Shown here piece after piece: positions 20,334 to 31,308 of a stretch of DNA of 64,000 nucleotides. Position numbers and translations under genes: made by a program. The stretch is from assembly GCA_963727445.1 (NCBI GenBank), contig CAVSGI010000006.1, forward strand, positions 608,001 to 672,000, given 5' to 3'. A model generated the notes under the pieces. It did no database searches. It worked only from the letters and a program-made list of their open reading frames with translations, and had not been told where the DNA came from. Numbering within the stretch: position 1 is the stretch's first letter; each line of letters begins with the position of its first letter. The DNA comes from an uncultured delta proteobacterium. Lineage in GTDB: Bacteria > Myxococcota_A > Polyangia > Polyangiales > B10-G4.

Positions 20334-23300
20334 GTGGCGACTTCTGAAAGCAAGCGGCTCTTCATCGGGCTGCTCCTGTTCGCGTGTGCCTGCAACCCCG
20401 GCGACGGGCCTCGTGATGCGGCGAGCGATACGAGCCCCCCCTCGGACGCCACCGTCGATGCAGGCGCCGACACGAGCGTGACGACGGATGGTGGCATGCC
20501 CCCCTATCGGCGCTGCGATCTCGAGGTGGAGCCGGTGGTCCTGAGCGCCGGACGCATGCTCCAAACCGTGGCCAGCCCGACTGTCTCCGGTGATCAGATC
20601 TACTTCTGGGGCAGCGACGAGATGGTCCTCGACGACGACCTCTGGGTACAGGTCGGCGATGCGCCCGCGGTGCGGGTGATGCGCGAGAACACCGAGGTGC
20701 CGGTCGAGGGGTTCGGCGATCAGCGCATCGACCAGATCGCGACCGGCTTCGACCAAGGACCATCGGTCGCACCGGTCGGTCCGTTCTGCGAGCTGCCGCA
20801 GCGGGTCGTGCTCAGCACCCAGCTCTTCGACTTCTCCGTCGACTTGCGCGTGATCCCCCAGAACCTGCTGCGGCTGGAGCACGACGGGGGTGCGAACGCG
20901 CGCCTGGTCCGGCTGGTCGGGGAAGAGACTCCCGCGCCCGACTCCGGCGGCGAGGCGTTCGAGTATTTCGGTCGTCCGACGATGACGGCCTGCGGCGACG
21001 TCGGCTTCGTGGGCACGCTCACCGGTGGTCATCGGCGCGCCTATTTCCGCCGCGGCGCGGACGGGAGCCTGACGCGCGTCGTCGGGGAGGGCGACACGCT
21101 GCCAGGTATGTCCGAGCCCGTGGCCGCGATGGGGTGGGCGGGCATGGCGGACGGGGCGACCGCCGTTCAGGCGGTGGGGGCTTCGGGCAACGAGAGCGTG
21201 TGGTGGATCCCCACGGGCGGGACGCCGACCTGCCTGGCGACCGGCGACACACCGACCGAGTGCACGCTCACCGGTGCGACCCGCATCTCGTCTCTGACCA
21301 TCGGCGAGGGCGCGGTGGCTTTCGAGGGTGACGGGAGCGACGGGCGCCATCACGTCTGGGCCGTCGCGAACGTGGGCGGCGGCGGACCCGTCTTCGACGC
21401 GAGCCCCGGCACTGAGACGGCCGAGGGGGCGGTCCTCAACCTCGTCCAGGCGCCCGTGATGGATCCGGTCACGGGCGATGTCTACTTCGTCGGCCGCGTC
21501 GACGGGACCCTCGTCCGGGACGTGTACCGCTATCGCACGGAAGGAGACGTACTCGAGCGGCTCACAGATTTCGCGGCGGCCTATGCGGGCGAGACCGTCG
21601 ACCCCGATTACGGCGCGACGGGCGTGAGCGTCTCCCCCGCGGGCGGCTGGATGGTCGTCCAGTCGTCGGGGCTGGACCTGAGCAAGACCCTGTGGGTGGT
21701 TTCCCCGGACGGTCGGATGGCGCGCGGACCCAGCGAGGGAGAGCGCCTGCCCTATCCGATGGGCAGCGGCGCGGCCGACGGTGAGATCAGGCGGCTCGGC
21801 ATCGCGACCGGGGGCAACGCCCTCGACGGAACCGCGGTGGCGCTCAGCGGCCCGGAGCGCGTCGTCTTCAGCGTCGGCTTCGCGGACTTCCAGCAGGGGA
21901 TCTACCGCGCGCGCTGGCCGGCGAACGATTGCGTTCCTCAGACGGACGTGAACACCACGGGCGACGCGAGCGACGCGAGCCCCGGCGACGGAAGCTGCGA
22001 CACCGGATCGACGGCGCCCAACGGCGATCCGGAGTGCACGCTCCGCGCCGCCATCGAGGAGTCGGAGGCGGCGCCGGGGCCCGATCGAGATCAGGTTCGC
22101 CATCGACGGGGTGGGCCCTCACGTGATCCAGCCGGCGAGCGCACTCCCGGACATCACCCAGCCGCTCTCCATCGTGGCCACCGGCCAACAGATTGTCCTC
22201 GACGGCGCCAGCGCGGGCGACGGCGTGGTGGGGCTCTCCTTCGTGGCCGACGGCGCGCGCGTGGAGGGGCTCACGGTGCAGGGCTTCGGTGGCCACGGCA
22301 TCTTCAGCGCGGCCGCCGACACCGTGCTGTCGTCGGTCACCTCGAAGGACAACTGCGGTTGGGGCGTCTGGGCCGAGGGCAACCTCCGGATCGACGACGC
22401 CTCCGGGATGCCGAGCGAGGTCTCGAACAATGGGGCCACCGATGCGTGCGAAGCGGGCGGCGTCTACGTCGGCCGTGCTCCGGCGGGATCACCCGGGTCG
22501 ACGAAGGTCCGTCTGAAGGGCGTCACCCTGACGGCAAACGACGGGCCGGGGCTCTTCAGCCTCGGGGATGTTGTCATCGAGGGGAGCCGGATTTCCGACA
22601 ACGCCGGAGAGGGGATCGCGGCGTACCCGCAAGCCGGAAGCGGCGTCTCCAGCAGCGCCGACTACGTGCGCTTCGACCCGGGGGAGACCGAGGTGAGCGG
22701 CAACGGGAGCCACGGCATCTACGTGGACACCGGGAAGGTCGAGGCCGTGTACGGCGCACGCCTGATGATCCGCGACAACGCGGGCTGGGGGATCTGGGCC
22801 GCCATCGGCGAGGTGGTTCTCGGCGAGGAGTTCCTCGGCAGCATGACCCCGGACCCACACGAGCTGATGCGCAACGGAGGCGGCGGGACCTGCCAGTCGT
22901 GGTCACCCGGGGACGCAGGGCCACAACGCGCCGCTGAGCCCTGTCGCGGCGGCGCGATCTTGGCCGTCTCGAACAGCGCGAGCCGGCACGTCTTCGTGGA
23001 GAACGCGCTCCTCGCCGACAACGCGGGGCCGGGCGTGCTCACGACGATGCGGATCCGTCTCGGAGGAGCGGTGATCGTTCGTGACAACCGCGGCCAGGGC
23101 TTGGTGTCGGTCGGCCTCACCGGGTTCGCCCTGCCTTCGATCGGCGTCGACGTTCGGGAGCCGGGCCTGTCGGTCACCGGGAACAGCGGGGACGGGATCG
23201 AGAGCAGCTCCGGTAGCGTGCAGGTCGCGGCGCTGATCGGTTTCGACGTGAGTGACAACGACGGATATGGGGTCCGCGCCGAGGCCGACGTGACGATGGA

Positions 23301-23610
23301 GGCCAGCAGCGGGACCACGCCGACGCGCGTGATCTCGGGCAACGGGGGCGGAGTCACGTGCGAGCGGTGGAGCATCGACGAGACGGATGAGACGAGCACC
23401 GTCACGAGCGTCGCCTGTGACGGCGGCGGCTTGACGAGTGAGGTGAACGTCGACGCCCACGATCTGGTCTCGCGCGACAACATCGGGCCGGGCGTCTACG
23501 CCGCGGGCGATTCCGCGCTCACCGATTGTACGGTGTGCAACAACACCGGCACGGACATCGACGCCGGTGGGGGCAGCACCCTCACGCGCGTCTCCACCAC
23601 CTGCCCGTGA
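20334..23610 (+). CDS. Large secreted lipoprotein with CSLREA-type motif and beta-helix C-terminal half (apparent indel near 22086)
   Basis: CACN lipobox; VNTTGDASDASPGDGSC...CTLRAAIEES. A one-base shift gives ...PD-EIRFAIDGVGPHVIQP, continuing into ORF 22111..23610. Confidence 0.7.
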
Positions 23611-23657
23611 GCGAAATCTCTACGCGCAGATCCCGCGACTCGGTCGCCGAGTGGCGG

Positions 23658-26600
23658 CTACTCGCCCCGGAACACCTCCGGCAGCTGTTCGACCTCGAGC
23701 CCGGTGTTGCCGAGGAGCCGCTCGGTGAACTCGTTCGGGTCGAGGCCCTGGGCGTCGATGAACTTCTCGGCGCAGGTGGGGTGCATGTAGCCCGGGCCCT
23801 TGCCCTTGAAGCGAGGCGTGTCGATCTCGCGCTCGATGATGATGCGCACCGTGCCCTTCTCGATCTTCTGATCGCAGTGCATGCACTTGGCGCGCGCGGT
23901 GGGGGCGTGGTCGGCGCTGGGGAAGTCGTTCGACATGTCGAGGAGGGCGCGCTGGGTCGTGCCTCCGGCGGTCTTTGCCGGACCTCGCACGGCCGCGGGC
24001 GTGGCGTCCTTCGGCGCTGCGCTCTCGAAGAGGCACATCACGGCGTACTGCGCTTCGCTGAAGGCGACCGGGTCGACGTCCTCGGGTTGGATGCTGCCGA
24101 CATGGAGCTGTCCGAAGGAGATCCCGCTCACCTGGATGTCTTCGCCCCAGCCCACGTCGCTGACGATGTAGCCGCTGTGGTTGAGCTCGACGTTCACCCG
24201 GCGCGCCGGCATGCGCATCCAGTCGTGGTAGACCCAGCCCGCGTCCTCGGCTTGGCCCCGGTTCCAACCAGCGTCTCTGAGGCGCGCGACGAACGTGGCG
24301 GGCTCGATCTTGTCCTTCGGGATCTCGAAGGGGGCGTCTGCGCGGAAGACCGGCCGACCGATTTGAGGGAAGGGCTGGATCACCTCCGACTCGGAGAGAT
24401 GCTCGCCCCAGGCGGCGAGCTCGGCCTCCGACAGATCGAGGGGATGCGCGACACGGAGCACGTCGTCGTCCGCGAGATTCACGTCGTCGCTGGCGGCGTC
24501 GATGGGCGTGTACTCCTCGCTCAAGCGCAGGCTGCGGCCGTCCTGGGTCACGAAGACGATGCTACTCGCCACGGTGCCCATGATCGGATGATCGACGAAG
24601 ACCTCGCGGAAGCGGCGCGCCTCCCAAGTCCGCCCGCTCTGCATCGCCCGCTCGAGCCGGCGCACCACCCGTCGGACCTCGCGTGGCGCGCTGTCCGATA
24701 GCTGGCTGAAGAGGCGCTTGGCCGCGGTCACCGCCTTTTCGTCGTCGCCCGCCTTCTTCGCCGGCATGGACTTGGTCGTCTTCCCGGCGTCGTCGACGAC
24801 CTGGAGCGTGGCGTCGAGGAGGAGGCGAATGGTGACCTCGCGGTCGCCGTAGCTCACCTTCTGTTCGCCGCGGCGATCGAAGCCGAGGGTCGGAACCGCG
24901 CGCTCCGCCTGCTCTTCGGCGACGAAGGGATTGAGCGTCGCGCGGATGTCCTGGGCGGAGACGCCGGCTGCCTCTGCGAGGGCGCCGAGCTGCCCGACCG
25001 CCTTGCGCATGAGGCCACCGGTGAGCGCATGATCGGCCCAGTAGCCGATCCAATCGCGCGCGGTCTGGGTGTCGAGACGCGCGAAGACCTCGAGCATCCA
25101 ACCAGCGAAGGCGTGCTTGCCGGCGCTCGAGAGGTTGTCGAGGCGGGGCGCGATGCCGTGCACCCATGCGTCGTCGGCGAAGAGGGCCATCTGATAGAGC
25201 GCCCACTTGTCGGCGGCCTTTCCGCCCTTCTTCTGCCACGCGTCGTAGATCGCCGTGCCGAAGGCGAGCGCGCTCGCGCTGTCCAGGTGTGGGCGAAGGC
25301 CCCAGGCGACGGGATCCTGTCGCTCGTGCTCCTTCTTGAGGCGTCCGATCAGCCCAGCGACGGCGGTCGCGTCGAGGGGCTCGCCGGTGCAGAGCAAGAG
25401 CTGCGGCAAGTCGTCGAGGTCGATCCACTTGGGCAGGCGCGGCTTCTTCTTGCCCGCGAGCTCGGCTGCCCAGTCCGCGGCGCTTCGCTCGCCAGTGTCC
25501 GCGCTCAGGGTGTCCGCAGTGCTCTCAGGGGTGGGGTCGCCGCCCGCCGCGCGGATCGCGAGGTCGAGGGCCATCTGCACGTCCTCGCTCGTCTCCCCTT
25601 CGTACGCTTCGTGAAGCGCGGGCAGGGCCTTGTCGGCGCCGATCTTCGCGAGGACCTGTGCCGCCGCGAGACGCGCGGGCTTCTTCTTCGACGCGAGAAG
25701 TGGGACCACCTGATCCACCACGCCCTCGCCCTGGGTCGCGAGCGCCTCGATGCAAGGCTCCTGAATCGCCTTCGCGCTTTCAGACAGGCCATCGACGAGG
25801 ACCTTCGTCGTCCGATGGGGCGCCTTGGCGGCGATCGCGTAGAAGAGGGGCGCGAGCGGGGTCTTTCGCGTCTCGAGCACCATCGCCGCTGCGGGCGCCG
25901 CCCAGCCCTCGAAGCGCTTCGGCGTGTCCCGCAAGAGGGTCCGCGTCATGTACTTCTTCATCTTCGGGAGCTGGCCGACGATGTCGAGGTAAACGAACGC
26001 CGCTTCGATGCGGCGCTTCTGGGACGCTTCGTCACCCGCCGTGTAGAGGCTCTTCGACGCGTACTGAAAGCCGATCAGGGGATCCACCATCGAGTCGAGG
26101 ACCATGCCCGCCTCGTAGGAGGAGGTCTTGAAGCGCTCGAGGTACCACTCGCGAACGGCGAGGAGCGCCTCGGGCCCGTGCGCCTCCGCTTGCCCTTCGG
26201 CGTACGTCTTGAGCTCGTGGCTTTGGCCCGGGATGCCCTCGACGATCGCCTTCTTCACGGCGTCGTCCATCGCGTCGAAGCGCGCCTGGACAGCGCCGAG
26301 CGGTGAGTCCTCCGCGGCCGAGGACGCTGCGAGAAGCTCGAGCATCTCGGCGCACGCGGTGCGGACCGCCTTCTTCCTGGCCTTGGCGCCTGCTTCGAGG
26401 GCGGCGCGCGCCGGCTCGCCGATCTTGCCGAGCGCGGCCTGCGCCGCCTCACGGACGACCTTGGACGAATGACCGAGCACCGTGACCAGGAGCTCAGCGG
26501 CTTCCTTCGTGGGGATGTGCCCGAGGGCGCGCGCCGCGTGGGCCGCGAGATGGATCGGCGGCTTCTTCACGTCGAGCGCCCGTGTGAGCGCCGGCAGAGC

Positions 26601-27662
26601 ACGCGGGCCGACCGCGCCGATCTTGTCTGCGAGCCCCGCCGCGTACTGGCTGTCGAGCTTCGCGACGGCCGCATCGAGAAGCGACTCGTCCTCGACCACT
26701 GGGAGGAGATCCGCAGCGCTGCCGACACTCACCGAAAGGATTGCGCTCGCGCGCGCCGGCTCGAGCGCGCCGAAGAGCCGTCGGTCGTGTGCGATGTCTT
26801 CGCTCACGAAGTACTTCAGGTGCTCGTCGACCTCGGCGGGGACCTCTTCGCCTGCGTCGAGAGCGAGGTGGGCGAGCAGATAGGCCGCGTTCTGTTTCGA
26901 CTGGTGGGGCGGGTTTTCCATCGCCCCGAGGCGGGCGAGCTCTGCCTGGACGAGCGCCTTGGCGTCCGTCATGTCCCGCAGCCGTGTCAGGGCGAAGCTG
27001 CGCCGGTCTTTTTGGGAATGGCGGACGAGCGCCGCCACCCTCTCGGCGTCGGTGAGCTCGGGCCAACAGCGCTCGATGATCTCGGACTGGTAGATCGGCT
27101 CGCTGTCCTCGAAGGTGCGCGCGAGCGCACGGGCCAAGCGGCCCGGGGGGATGGTGTCGCGGTTCTTGTCGAGCCAGCTTCCCTCCCAGATCGAGCTCTG
27201 CGCGCGGTAACCGCGCGCCAGCGCGTCCATGGTCGCGTCGCTCACGACGCTCGCGTCGCCGCGGAGCATCTGCGCTACCTCCAGCTGCTGCTGCACTTTG
27301 GGAGAGAGGCCGCTCGACAGCGAGAGGAACGCGTCGCCGTGCGCGTCGAGCGCGGTGAGGAGCGCTTTTTCGACCTGTTCAGACCACTCGTAGACGACGT
27401 GGCCGCCCATGCTCCCCGCGTCCTTGCCGAGGAGATTCGCGAACATCACGAAATCGGCCGCGGTGCCACCGCTCGGATGGTCGAGGAGGAGCATCTGCTC
27501 CTCGCGCATCTTGCCGCTACCTTCCCGAAACTCCGCCCACAGGCCGGCGCGCATGCCCTCCCAGAGGGTCTTCGTCAGCTCCGCCGGGTTCGCCGCTCGG
27601 ACGATGTCTTCCTTGTCCCAATGACTCGCCTTCTTCAGCTTCTTCAACAGGGCTTCGTTCAT
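23658..27662 (-). CDS. HEAT-repeat + DUF4132 protein with C-terminal PARP-type zinc finger
   Basis: HEAT-like repeats (VREAAQAALGKIG, RLAAAQVLAKIG). DUF4132 segment VPTLGFD...RRLERAM..GRTW...HP...HPLDL...QPFPQIGR. Zinc finger APTARAKCMHC..KIEKG..RI...YMHPTC. Likely start MNEALLKK. Confidence 0.85.
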   Translation of the reverse strand: MNEALLKKLKKASHWDKEDIVRAANPAELTKTLWEGMRAGLWAEFREGSGKMREEQMLLLDHPSGGTAADFVMFANLLGKDAGSMGGHVVYEWSEQVEKALLTALDAHGDAFLSLSSGLSPKVQQQLEVAQMLRGDASVVSDATMDALARGYRAQSSIWEGSWLDKNRDTIPPGRLARALARTFEDSEPIYQSEIIERCWPELTDAERVAALVRHSQKDRRSFALTRLRDMTDAKALVQAELARLGAMENPPHQSKQNAAYLLAHLALDAGEEVPAEVDEHLKYFVSEDIAHDRRLFGALEPARASAILSVSVGSAADLLPVVEDESLLDAAVAKLDSQYAAGLADKIGAVGPRALPALTRALDVKKPPIHLAAHAARALGHIPTKEAAELLVTVLGHSSKVVREAAQAALGKIGEPARAALEAGAKARKKAVRTACAEMLELLAASSAAEDSPLGAVQARFDAMDDAVKKAIVEGIPGQSHELKTYAEGQAEAHGPEALLAVREWYLERFKTSSYEAGMVLDSMVDPLIGFQYASKSLYTAGDEASQKRRIEAAFVYLDIVGQLPKMKKYMTRTLLRDTPKRFEGWAAPAAAMVLETRKTPLAPLFYAIAAKAPHRTTKVLVDGLSESAKAIQEPCIEALATQGEGVVDQVVPLLASKKKPARLAAAQVLAKIGADKALPALHEAYEGETSEDVQMALDLAIRAAGGDPTPESTADTLSADTGERSAADWAAELAGKKKPRLPKWIDLDDLPQLLLCTGEPLDATAVAGLIGRLKKEHERQDPVAWGLRPHLDSASALAFGTAIYDAWQKKGGKAADKWALYQMALFADDAWVHGIAPRLDNLSSAGKHAFAGWMLEVFARLDTQTARDWIGYWADHALTGGLMRKAVGQLGALAEAAGVSAQDIRATLNPFVAEEQAERAVPTLGFDRRGEQKVSYGDREVTIRLLLDATLQVVDDAGKTTKSMPAKKAGDDEKAVTAAKRLFSQLSDSAPREVRRVVRRLERAMQSGRTWEARRFREVFVDHPIMGTVASSIVFVTQDGRSLRLSEEYTPIDAASDDVNLADDDVLRVAHPLDLSEAELAAWGEHLSESEVIQPFPQIGRPVFRADAPFEIPKDKIEPATFVARLRDAGWNRGQAEDAGWVYHDWMRMPARRVNVELNHSGYIVSDVGWGEDIQVSGISFGQLHVGSIQPEDVDPVAFSEAQYAVMCLFESAAPKDATPAAVRGPAKTAGGTTQRALLDMSNDFPSADHAPTARAKCMHCDQKIEKGTVRIIIEREIDTPRFKGKGPGYMHPTCAEKFIDAQGLDPNEFTERLLGNTGLEVEQLPEVFRGE

Positions 27663-27825
27663 CTCTCGAGGTCGCCTTTCTCGGTTCCGCGCTGCGGAAT
27701 ACGGCGGGCGCGGCGAATAACTCCCCTCCAGCGATCGCCGCCGAGAGATCCTCGGTGGTCGTCGGCAGCGAGCACGACGGGCTGGCTTGGCCGGCTGCGG
27801 GTGAGATGCTACTCCACGGATGGAG

Positions 27826-29286
27826 ATGAAGCGGTACGGCATCGGGATCGCGGCGGGGTGCCTCGTCCTCGCGATGGGCTGCGGCGATGACGGCGCGCCC
27901 CCGCCGGTGTCACCCGATCCGATCGACGGTCTCGGGGTGGCGAGCGGCAAAGCCGACGGCGGCGCCTTCTCCTCCTGCGAGCTCGATCAGGTGGTCCTCT
28001 ACCTCAACGCGGGGCCGACCGCCGAGCAGCTCGTCGACGCGGGCGTTCACACCGAGGCCGCGACGCATCTCGAGACTCACCGAGACGGACCAGACGGCGA
28101 ATACCCGACGGGGGACGACGATCCCTTCGACGACATCGAAGAGGTGGATGGCGTCGACTACGTCGGTGAGACCGCGATGCGCCAGTTGGTCGGCGTGGTG
28201 GAGCAGGGTTGCGCCGATCGACCCGCTGCGTGCGCCGATGCGCCACTCCTCGGCAGCCCGGGCTTCGCCCAGCGCCAGATCTACGACGTCCCCTTCACGT
28301 GGGGCGACGGCTGGGCCGTCGGCGAGCCCATCACCGTCGCCGTGCCGGCGGATCTCGAAGGCCTGGTGGTCGCCGTGATCTCCGGGGACGTGGACGTCGG
28401 TATCGATCGCGTCGTTTTCGACGGCGCGATCCTGCAGGACATCGGGCGTGACGATCCGATGCTCGAAGGGATCCTGCCGCCCTTCTTCCACTCGCTCGTC
28501 CCGGCGGGCGCCATCGCCTTTCCCATGGACGAGGACAGCAGCCTCTCGGCGGGCTGCCTCGAGATCACACCGGTGGCCCTCGACGACATCGGGACGGGAC
28601 GGGTGGCCTTCGTTTCGCGGCGCATGCCGCGGGGCGGGGCCATCGACATCAACGCCGTCATCGTCGGGGCGACCGCCGTCACCGAGGAACAGCTGCACGA
28701 GACCTTCGACGTGGCTGCCGCGGTCTACATGGGCGCGGGTGACCTCACGATCGGCAGCGTGAGCACCGTCCCACTCAGCTGGCCCGATCCCTACGTCGAA
28801 TCCGAGGGGGCGACCATCAACATGTTGCGCGGGGCCGTGACCACGCCCGACGAGGGGAGGATCAACGTGTTCTTCGTACAGGACTTCCTCGAGGTGGGGA
28901 CCCTCGGTTTCGCTTCGGCGATTCCGGGGCCGAACGGTGTCCACGGCACGGCAGGGAGCGGGCTGGTGATCTCCATCGACAGCCATCTCGACGACGCGGG
29001 CGCGCTCGACGTGACGACCATGGGCGAGACCATCGCCCACGAGATTGGGCATCAGCTCGGCCTCTTCCACACCACGGAGGACGACGGCGTGGAGCACGAC
29101 ATCCTGGACGATACGCCCTTCTGCGGGATCGAGAACGACACCGACGGGGACGGCCAGGTCGGCGCGGAGGAGTGCGCCGACTTCGACGGCCACAACGTGA
29201 TGTTCTGGGTCTCGGGCGATCTTCGGCAGAACCAGCTCTCCCCGACACAGCTCGACATCCTCTCCGCTTCACCGGTGGTGCGATGA
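27826..29286 (+). CDS. Lipoprotein with HhH-like unit and metzincin zinc metalloprotease domain (M43-like)
   Basis: AMGC lipobox, GKAD motif, DDDPFDDIEEVDGVDYVG. HEIGHQLGLFH followed by Met-turn NVM. Confidence 0.85.
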   Translation: MKRYGIGIAAGCLVLAMGCGDDGAPPPVSPDPIDGLGVASGKADGGAFSSCELDQVVLYLNAGPTAEQLVDAGVHTEAATHLETHRDGPDGEYPTGDDDPFDDIEEVDGVDYVGETAMRQLVGVVEQGCADRPAACADAPLLGSPGFAQRQIYDVPFTWGDGWAVGEPITVAVPADLEGLVVAVISGDVDVGIDRVVFDGAILQDIGRDDPMLEGILPPFFHSLVPAGAIAFPMDEDSSLSAGCLEITPVALDDIGTGRVAFVSRRMPRGGAIDINAVIVGATAVTEEQLHETFDVAAAVYMGAGDLTIGSVSTVPLSWPDPYVESEGATINMLRGAVTTPDEGRINVFFVQDFLEVGTLGFASAIPGPNGVHGTAGSGLVISIDSHLDDAGALDVTTMGETIAHEIGHQLGLFHTTEDDGVEHDILDDTPFCGIENDTDGDGQVGAEECADFDGHNVMFWVSGDLRQNQLSPTQLDILSASPVVR

Positions 29287-29816
29287 GCTGGCTTGGATAC
29301 GCGGCCATGTCGGTCCTGATCGCGCTCTCGGCGTGTAGCCCCGCGAGCCGTGAGGAGCCGCCGACCGAGACCGTTGCGAGCGACGCGCCCGCCAGCGCCG
29401 ACGCCATCGCCACGCTCCTCGGCGCGCGCCACACCGAAGATCTGCCCGACGAGGCGACCCTCGCGGCCCACGAAGAGCCCGCCGCCGCGCTCCGCTACAT
29501 CGCTGGCCACCACGGCCGGATGGTGATCCGGGCGCGGGCGCTCTCGTCCCTTCGCTTCTACGACGACGGCGAAACGCGGGCGTACCTCCTCGCTGTGCTG
29601 CGCAGCGACAGCGCGCACCCGGCGCTGAAGGCGGCGGCCGCCGAAGGCACGACGCGGCTCACGCTCGACGACGAGCTACGGGCGGCGCTGGCTGCGGCCC
29701 GCGCGGGCGGCGACCCGCGCGTCGAGCGCGCCGTCGACGCCCGCCTCCGAGGCCCCGATCCCGTCCTCGAGGAGACGGGGGAGGGCCCCGGCCCCACGAC
29801 CCCCACCGGACCGTGA
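29283..29816 (+). CDS. Small HEAT-like lipoprotein
   Basis: MSWLG...LSACS lipobox; helical repeats. ATGA overlap with the protease gene. Confidence 0.7.
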   Translation: MSWLGYAAMSVLIALSACSPASREEPPTETVASDAPASADAIATLLGARHTEDLPDEATLAAHEEPAAALRYIAGHHGRMVIRARALSSLRFYDDGETRAYLLAVLRSDSAHPALKAAAAEGTTRLTLDDELRAALAAARAGGDPRVERAVDARLRGPDPVLEETGEGPGPTTPTGP

Positions 29817-29886
29817 GCTACGCATCACTGTGGCCGAGCCCCTCGTCCGGGCCCGCATTGGACGAGGCTCGCGCTCGTCGCGCACC

Positions 29887-30204
29887 TCAGCTCTCGGTGA
29901 GTCTCGCCTCGGGCGCATTCCAGATGCGCACGAAGAAGTAGACGGGGACCGCGAGCAGGTTGCCCATGAAGAGCATCAGGGCCCACAGGAGCCGCTGCTC
30001 CATCGGCAGCCTCGCGTCCCCCAGGACGTCGGGCCGGGTACGTGGGGAGAGCTGCCGCATCTGCGGGCCCCTGCCCGGGCGGGCCGCCTCATTCGGGCGG
30101 CTGGATCTCGTAGTGCCCAGCCTCTCCCTCATCCGGAGCCGCTGCGCGCTCGAGCTCCTGGCGAAGCTCTCGGAGCGCGTTTCCACGATGAGGGAGCGCC
30201 ACAC
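29887..30204 (-). CDS. Possible small membrane protein or fragment (PLDc_N-like C-terminus)
   Basis: Only the C-terminal RLLWALMLFMGNLLAVPVYFFVRIW looks coding; the start is unclear. Confidence 0.3.
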   Translation of the reverse strand: MWRSLIVETRSESFARSSSAQRLRMRERLGTTRSSRPNEAARPGRGPQMRQLSPRTRPDVLGDARLPMEQRLLWALMLFMGNLLAVPVYFFVRIWNAPEARLTES

Positions 30205-30241
30205 GTGGACCGGCCCAGTGTAGCCCCTTTGCGCTCGCCGC

Positions 30242-31240
30242 TCAGCCGCCGCCGGCGGCGCGGAAGGGCACGCCCATCACGATCGCGACGTCCCCATCGA
30301 GCGCGAGCCCGAAGGTCTCTCGGTCGCAGGCGCTGTTGTCCATCTCGGAGCACTCCTCGTAGGCGACCTCGCGCTTCTCTCCGCCGACCACGTGCCAGAC
30401 CACCTGCTGCCACCAGACGCGATGGGGAGAGCAGGAGGTGAGGCTGCAGCCGGAACGCTCCGACGCGTCCTCGTAGGAGAGGAAGTAGTAGTCGTCGAGC
30501 GTGCCCACCACGGGCGGGAAGAGCGAGTTGGGGAACTGGGGGACGAAGGGGAGGGCCTGCACCTCGGTTCCCGCGAGCCCGAAGGCGAGCCCGTCGAGGG
30601 TGGTGGCGATCACGCCTCCGCCCGTGCGGCGAAAGGCGGCCACCGCGTGATCGAGGTCGAGCTGTGTCGGCGCGCCTCGGTCGAAGCGGTAGAGCCCCAT
30701 GCCCCCGTTGTAGACGTAGACCGCGCCGTCGCCGGCGAGGGCGATTTGCATGGAGTACGACTGGACCGGCGGCTCGGGGACGTCGAAGCAGTCGGTCGTC
30801 ATGCCGTCGATCGCATGACACAGCCGATGCGGCGACGGGCCCACGTCCGTGTGCCAGAAGTCCGCGAGCGAGGTTCCGTCGATCGCGTCGACAAGGCCGT
30901 CGAGGGCCAGCGGCGAAAGGGCGCCGCCCACCGGCACCGCGTGGACCGTGCCCTCGCTGTCCAGCACCATCACGCCGCCATCGTCGAAGACCCGCATCGA
31001 TCGAGGGACGGCCACCTCGTCGAGAAAGTCGGGGTCCTCGACCCCTTCGACGACTCCCCCACGCAGGCGCATGACCTGTCCGCCGCGGTCCAGCCACGTC
31101 GGCTCCCCGCGCATGGGGTCGCCGAGCAACGGCGCCGTGGGCTCCAGGCGCACCGCGAGGCGAGGCGACGTGCGCTCCGGCGGCCCCGGCGTGGCGGCAC
31201 AACCACAGAGGCCGAGGATGAGGACGAGGCGCCAGCGCAC
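30242..31240 (-). CDS. Hypothetical lipoprotein
   Basis: (V)RWRLVLILGLCGC lipobox; beta-rich sequence with paired Cys. Confidence 0.65.
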   Translation of the reverse strand: MRWRLVLILGLCGCAATPGPPERTSPRLAVRLEPTAPLLGDPMRGEPTWLDRGGQVMRLRGGVVEGVEDPDFLDEVAVPRSMRVFDDGGVMVLDSEGTVHAVPVGGALSPLALDGLVDAIDGTSLADFWHTDVGPSPHRLCHAIDGMTTDCFDVPEPPVQSYSMQIALAGDGAVYVYNGGMGLYRFDRGAPTQLDLDHAVAAFRRTGGGVIATTLDGLAFGLAGTEVQALPFVPQFPNSLFPPVVGTLDDYYFLSYEDASERSGCSLTSCSPHRVWWQQVVWHVVGGEKREVAYEECSEMDNSACDRETFGLALDGDVAIVMGVPFRAAGGG

Positions 31241-31308
31241 GCCTGACGGTAGCACGGGGAGAGGAGACCGCGCTTGCGCCCGAACGCCGGCACGTCGTAG
31301 TGGGGGGC

